From the NCBI GenBank assembly GCA_035221665.1, contig CM069143.1:18228001-18292000 (forward strand): 64,000 nucleotides of DNA. Reading direction: 5' to 3'. The translations under genes and the position numbers were made by a program. Each line of letters begins with the position of its first letter. The stretch's first letter is position 1. The notes under the pieces were generated by a model. The model saw only the letters and a list, made by a program, of their open reading frames with translations, made no database searches and was not told the DNA's origin. The stretch is from Okamejei kenojei. Lineage: Eukaryota. This document shows positions 61,054 to 64,000 of the stretch, piece by piece.

Positions 61054-64000
61054 AATAGTAGGATTAAATGAGAACTTACCAGTTTGAAGTTTGATCCTTA
61101 TTTTCTGAGGAGTTACCATGAGGGATTACGTGAAGAAGCCCCACCAGAGCGCATGCTTGTCATACTTCAAAGCAGCGGCGTGAAAACACAGAAACCCAAT
61201 AGCCGAAGTAATATAGTAAGGCTTTTAGAAGACTAGAACTACCAGATGATCCTTTAGATTACGAGGGTGGGAGCAGAGGGCACGTAATCCCTCATCGTAA
61301 CTCCTCATAAAATAAGGATCAAACTTCAAACAGGTAAGTTCTCATTTAATCTTACTATTTTACTTCGGAGTCACGTGAGTGACTACGTGAAGATTTCAAA
61401 GCTCTGTGATTTCATGCCGCAGGTACAGTTCCATATGACACACTGCCTTGGTTGACACAGGATAACCAAATAATGTATCAAACATTGTTTAATTTATGCA
61501 ATAAATGTCTTAAACAATAAAATTTTACACAACAGTAATAACCCCTCTTTTTACAAAGGAGAACTCAAACAGAACCCAAAACAGCTTGCCCAATCTTTGC
61601 ATTGAGAGGACAGGTTTGTCAGAAACCCTAAAAGGTTCCTTAACTGGACTATCCTGCGGTGAGGAAAACGTCCTGCGCCCTGCGTACGTTGATGCCGCCC
61701 TTGTGGAGTGATTAAAACACATCAGTGTCTACTCCCACAAAATGCAAACCTGTTTCAGTCATTTACAATAACTGGCACCTGTGGGTTGATGACCAGCGCT
61801 CTTTCAGAGCCTCACTCTTGATGACCTTGATATTATTAGCTCAGAGGCGTAATTACATATAGTCCTTAGATCAATGGTATATTTTAAGCTTATTTTGGTT
61901 CCAGCCATCCCTGGCCTGCTCTATTTGATTAGATCCTATGCATAAAACACAATATCATCTACAGAAGAATGCATTCCAGTCATACCTTTTGCAATATTTG
62001 GTGCTGCACCATGAACATGATCACTTTGAGCGTTAACTTCCTGAAAGGCAGAGATGTAATTGGAGCCCTTTGCCAAAGCAGCGTGAGAACTAACATCCCA
62101 GATTTCTGAATAATGTCTGGGAGGGGTTAAAATACCTCCAATGAATTGGCCACCTAGTGTTGTCCGACCCTTGCCCTAAGTAGGAGGACAAAGAGCGCTA
62201 TAAATTGCACTATAGCTTAACTGGCAATGTAGCCAGGACTCCAATACATCCGGTATGCCTGCAACTTATGATAATATATTTAACTGTAAACAGGACATCT
62301 CCCATTTCTTAATATGACTACATATTATTTTTTAGAAATATTTCTCCAGACCATCGTAATCACATGCATAGTCTGATGGAGGAGCAGTTCCTGCAATAAA
62401 TTAATATGCTCATGTAAAGGGCAACTTTCCTCCTGTCCCAGAGTGAACCAACAAGTTACAGTAATTGGGATGATCATGAATGCTGTGTCCTCCGTCTCAA
62501 ACCAATGGAACCATGCTGTGTGGACCAGTTTAGAACCCACTAAACACCTAAGTGTTGTCATATTCGATTTTGGTGAGACATTGATTGAATGAGGAAGAAA
62601 TGGGGAAGCGTAAGAACATACATCCCCAATGTAGCGAGAATGTATCCTCCGCTACTGCCCCTAGATTTAGTTCCCATGCCGAATACAGGTACTGATAATT
62701 TAACCCAGATACAACAGATCTATGTCTGGCAATCCATACCAGCTAACAATGATTTTGAAACTTTTGGATTCTTAATTCATTTAATGTTTGCCATGGAATT
62801 TACATGACCTTGCATTATCTCTACCTGATAGGTAAATATCTGAGACCCAGGTGTCCCTTGTAATGCACCAGTGCCAGATAAGGCTAGGCAGACTGTTACA
62901 GAATAATGACCTCATTCTACCCATGTGATTGATATGGGTACCAGCTGTAGTATTGTGAATCTGAAACTGCACATGCAATCATGCTTTGTTGAGCAGAATT
63001 CTTTAGGCCATAGAATGCACCCAGTAATTCTACGCAGTTTACCCCAGCCTCTGCAGGGTTAATGCCTCTTTCACATTTTACCTGCCGTCCCAGCCAGACT
63101 TGATATCAGTGGCTCCTCATCCTGAAGCTCCCATCAGTTTGTAAACTAAGGTTATTGAGTCAGATTGTCGCTAGTACATCGCAAGACTTTTGTTACAATT
63201 TTGGCCCTAGCCAAAGTACTGTCATGTTAATTAACCAATGATGACCTCAAATAGCCAATCATTCTAAATAGTACTAATCTAAGTTCAATTAGATGGGTGA
63301 GGACCTAACCTCTCAACAGGTGTGTGGTAGCTGAATATTTATCTTTCAGATCTATGGCTGCCAATATAACACCCTTTTTTATGCATCATCTACCTATAGA
63401 GTTAGTGGTATTGAACCCCAATACCAAACTATGTCCATTTTGTACAAGTGGATGTATTCCGAGATACCTGGATATAGTCCAATATTCGAGATACCTGAAT
63501 ATAGTCCAATATTCAGTTACTGTTTCATAATCTGAATGGATATGGTTTTTGAGGTGGCATCCTGGCCTCAGTTTTAGTCTCATCGTCCAGGTATTCCCCT
63601 AGGTACTAGAGGATCTGCGCAAGGCTGTGAACCGTGGGCTGAGCATAGGCTGGATATTTATTCATAAATATTAAACTAACAAATGGGTATAATTCCTGCT
63701 TCCACCAGTTTTTTATATATTTATTTTTTAGGTCTTTTGCAGCCTTAATTCATGCGCCCTAATGATGCGCTCCTTTAGAGCGATGCACAGTAAACAGGTG
63801 TTTGATATGTGAAATTTTTTCCCCCATTATGAAGTCCTGGAATTGGTGAGGACCATTAATTTGCTGGCCAAATTGTCATCCCCAACTTCACCGGTATGGT
63901 AAATTGCTAACCACATCCGGGACACCTGGAACGTGGCACTTGTGCTTTGGTGTATGCACATAAGCAGTGACACCAACTTCAGGGTCAGCATTCTATTGCC
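61054..64000 (-). mobile_element. DIRS1-type retrotransposon copy 4 (degraded; continues past the window)
   Basis: Right terminus AATagtaggattaaatgagaacttacc. ICR 61281-61393 with junction cttactATTttacttcggagtcacgtg. YR (HSTRAASTYA) and RH (HNTTAGTHINHMG) remnants; RT largely deleted. Confidence 0.9.

Overview
Eukaryotic, repeat-dominated DNA with two assembly gaps (5983-6189, 14097-14596). The repeat set (HE1-type V-SINE, CR1/HER1-like LINEs, Penelope remnants) suggests a cartilaginous fish, probably a skate or ray (inference). No host-gene exon could be supported. The main content is four DIRS1-type tyrosine-recombinase retrotransposons from three diverged subfamilies with nearly identical termini: 14597-17594 (+), 17803-22536 (-), 51534-56487 (+, best preserved: gag, RT, RNase H, methyltransferase-like domain, YR) and 61054->64000 (-). 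Also present are a TSD-flanked L1, many CR1 fragments, a Rex1/Babar fragment, non-autonomous Helitrons with internal minisatellites, a possible noise-masked Helitron helicase, a Harbinger-like fragment and Penelope remnants with hammerhead-like motifs. The top candidate novelty is in the DIRS 3' end. The spacer between the ICR and the right ITR is a degenerate antisense copy of the ICR, including a pseudo-junction, with compensatory changes across subfamilies. This suggests an alternative fold that competes with ICR-terminus pairing. Second is a conserved splice donor and acceptor pair that could express the YR from a subgenomic mRNA. The first ~22 kb is indel-rich, so frame states there are unreliable. 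All alignments were done by eye.
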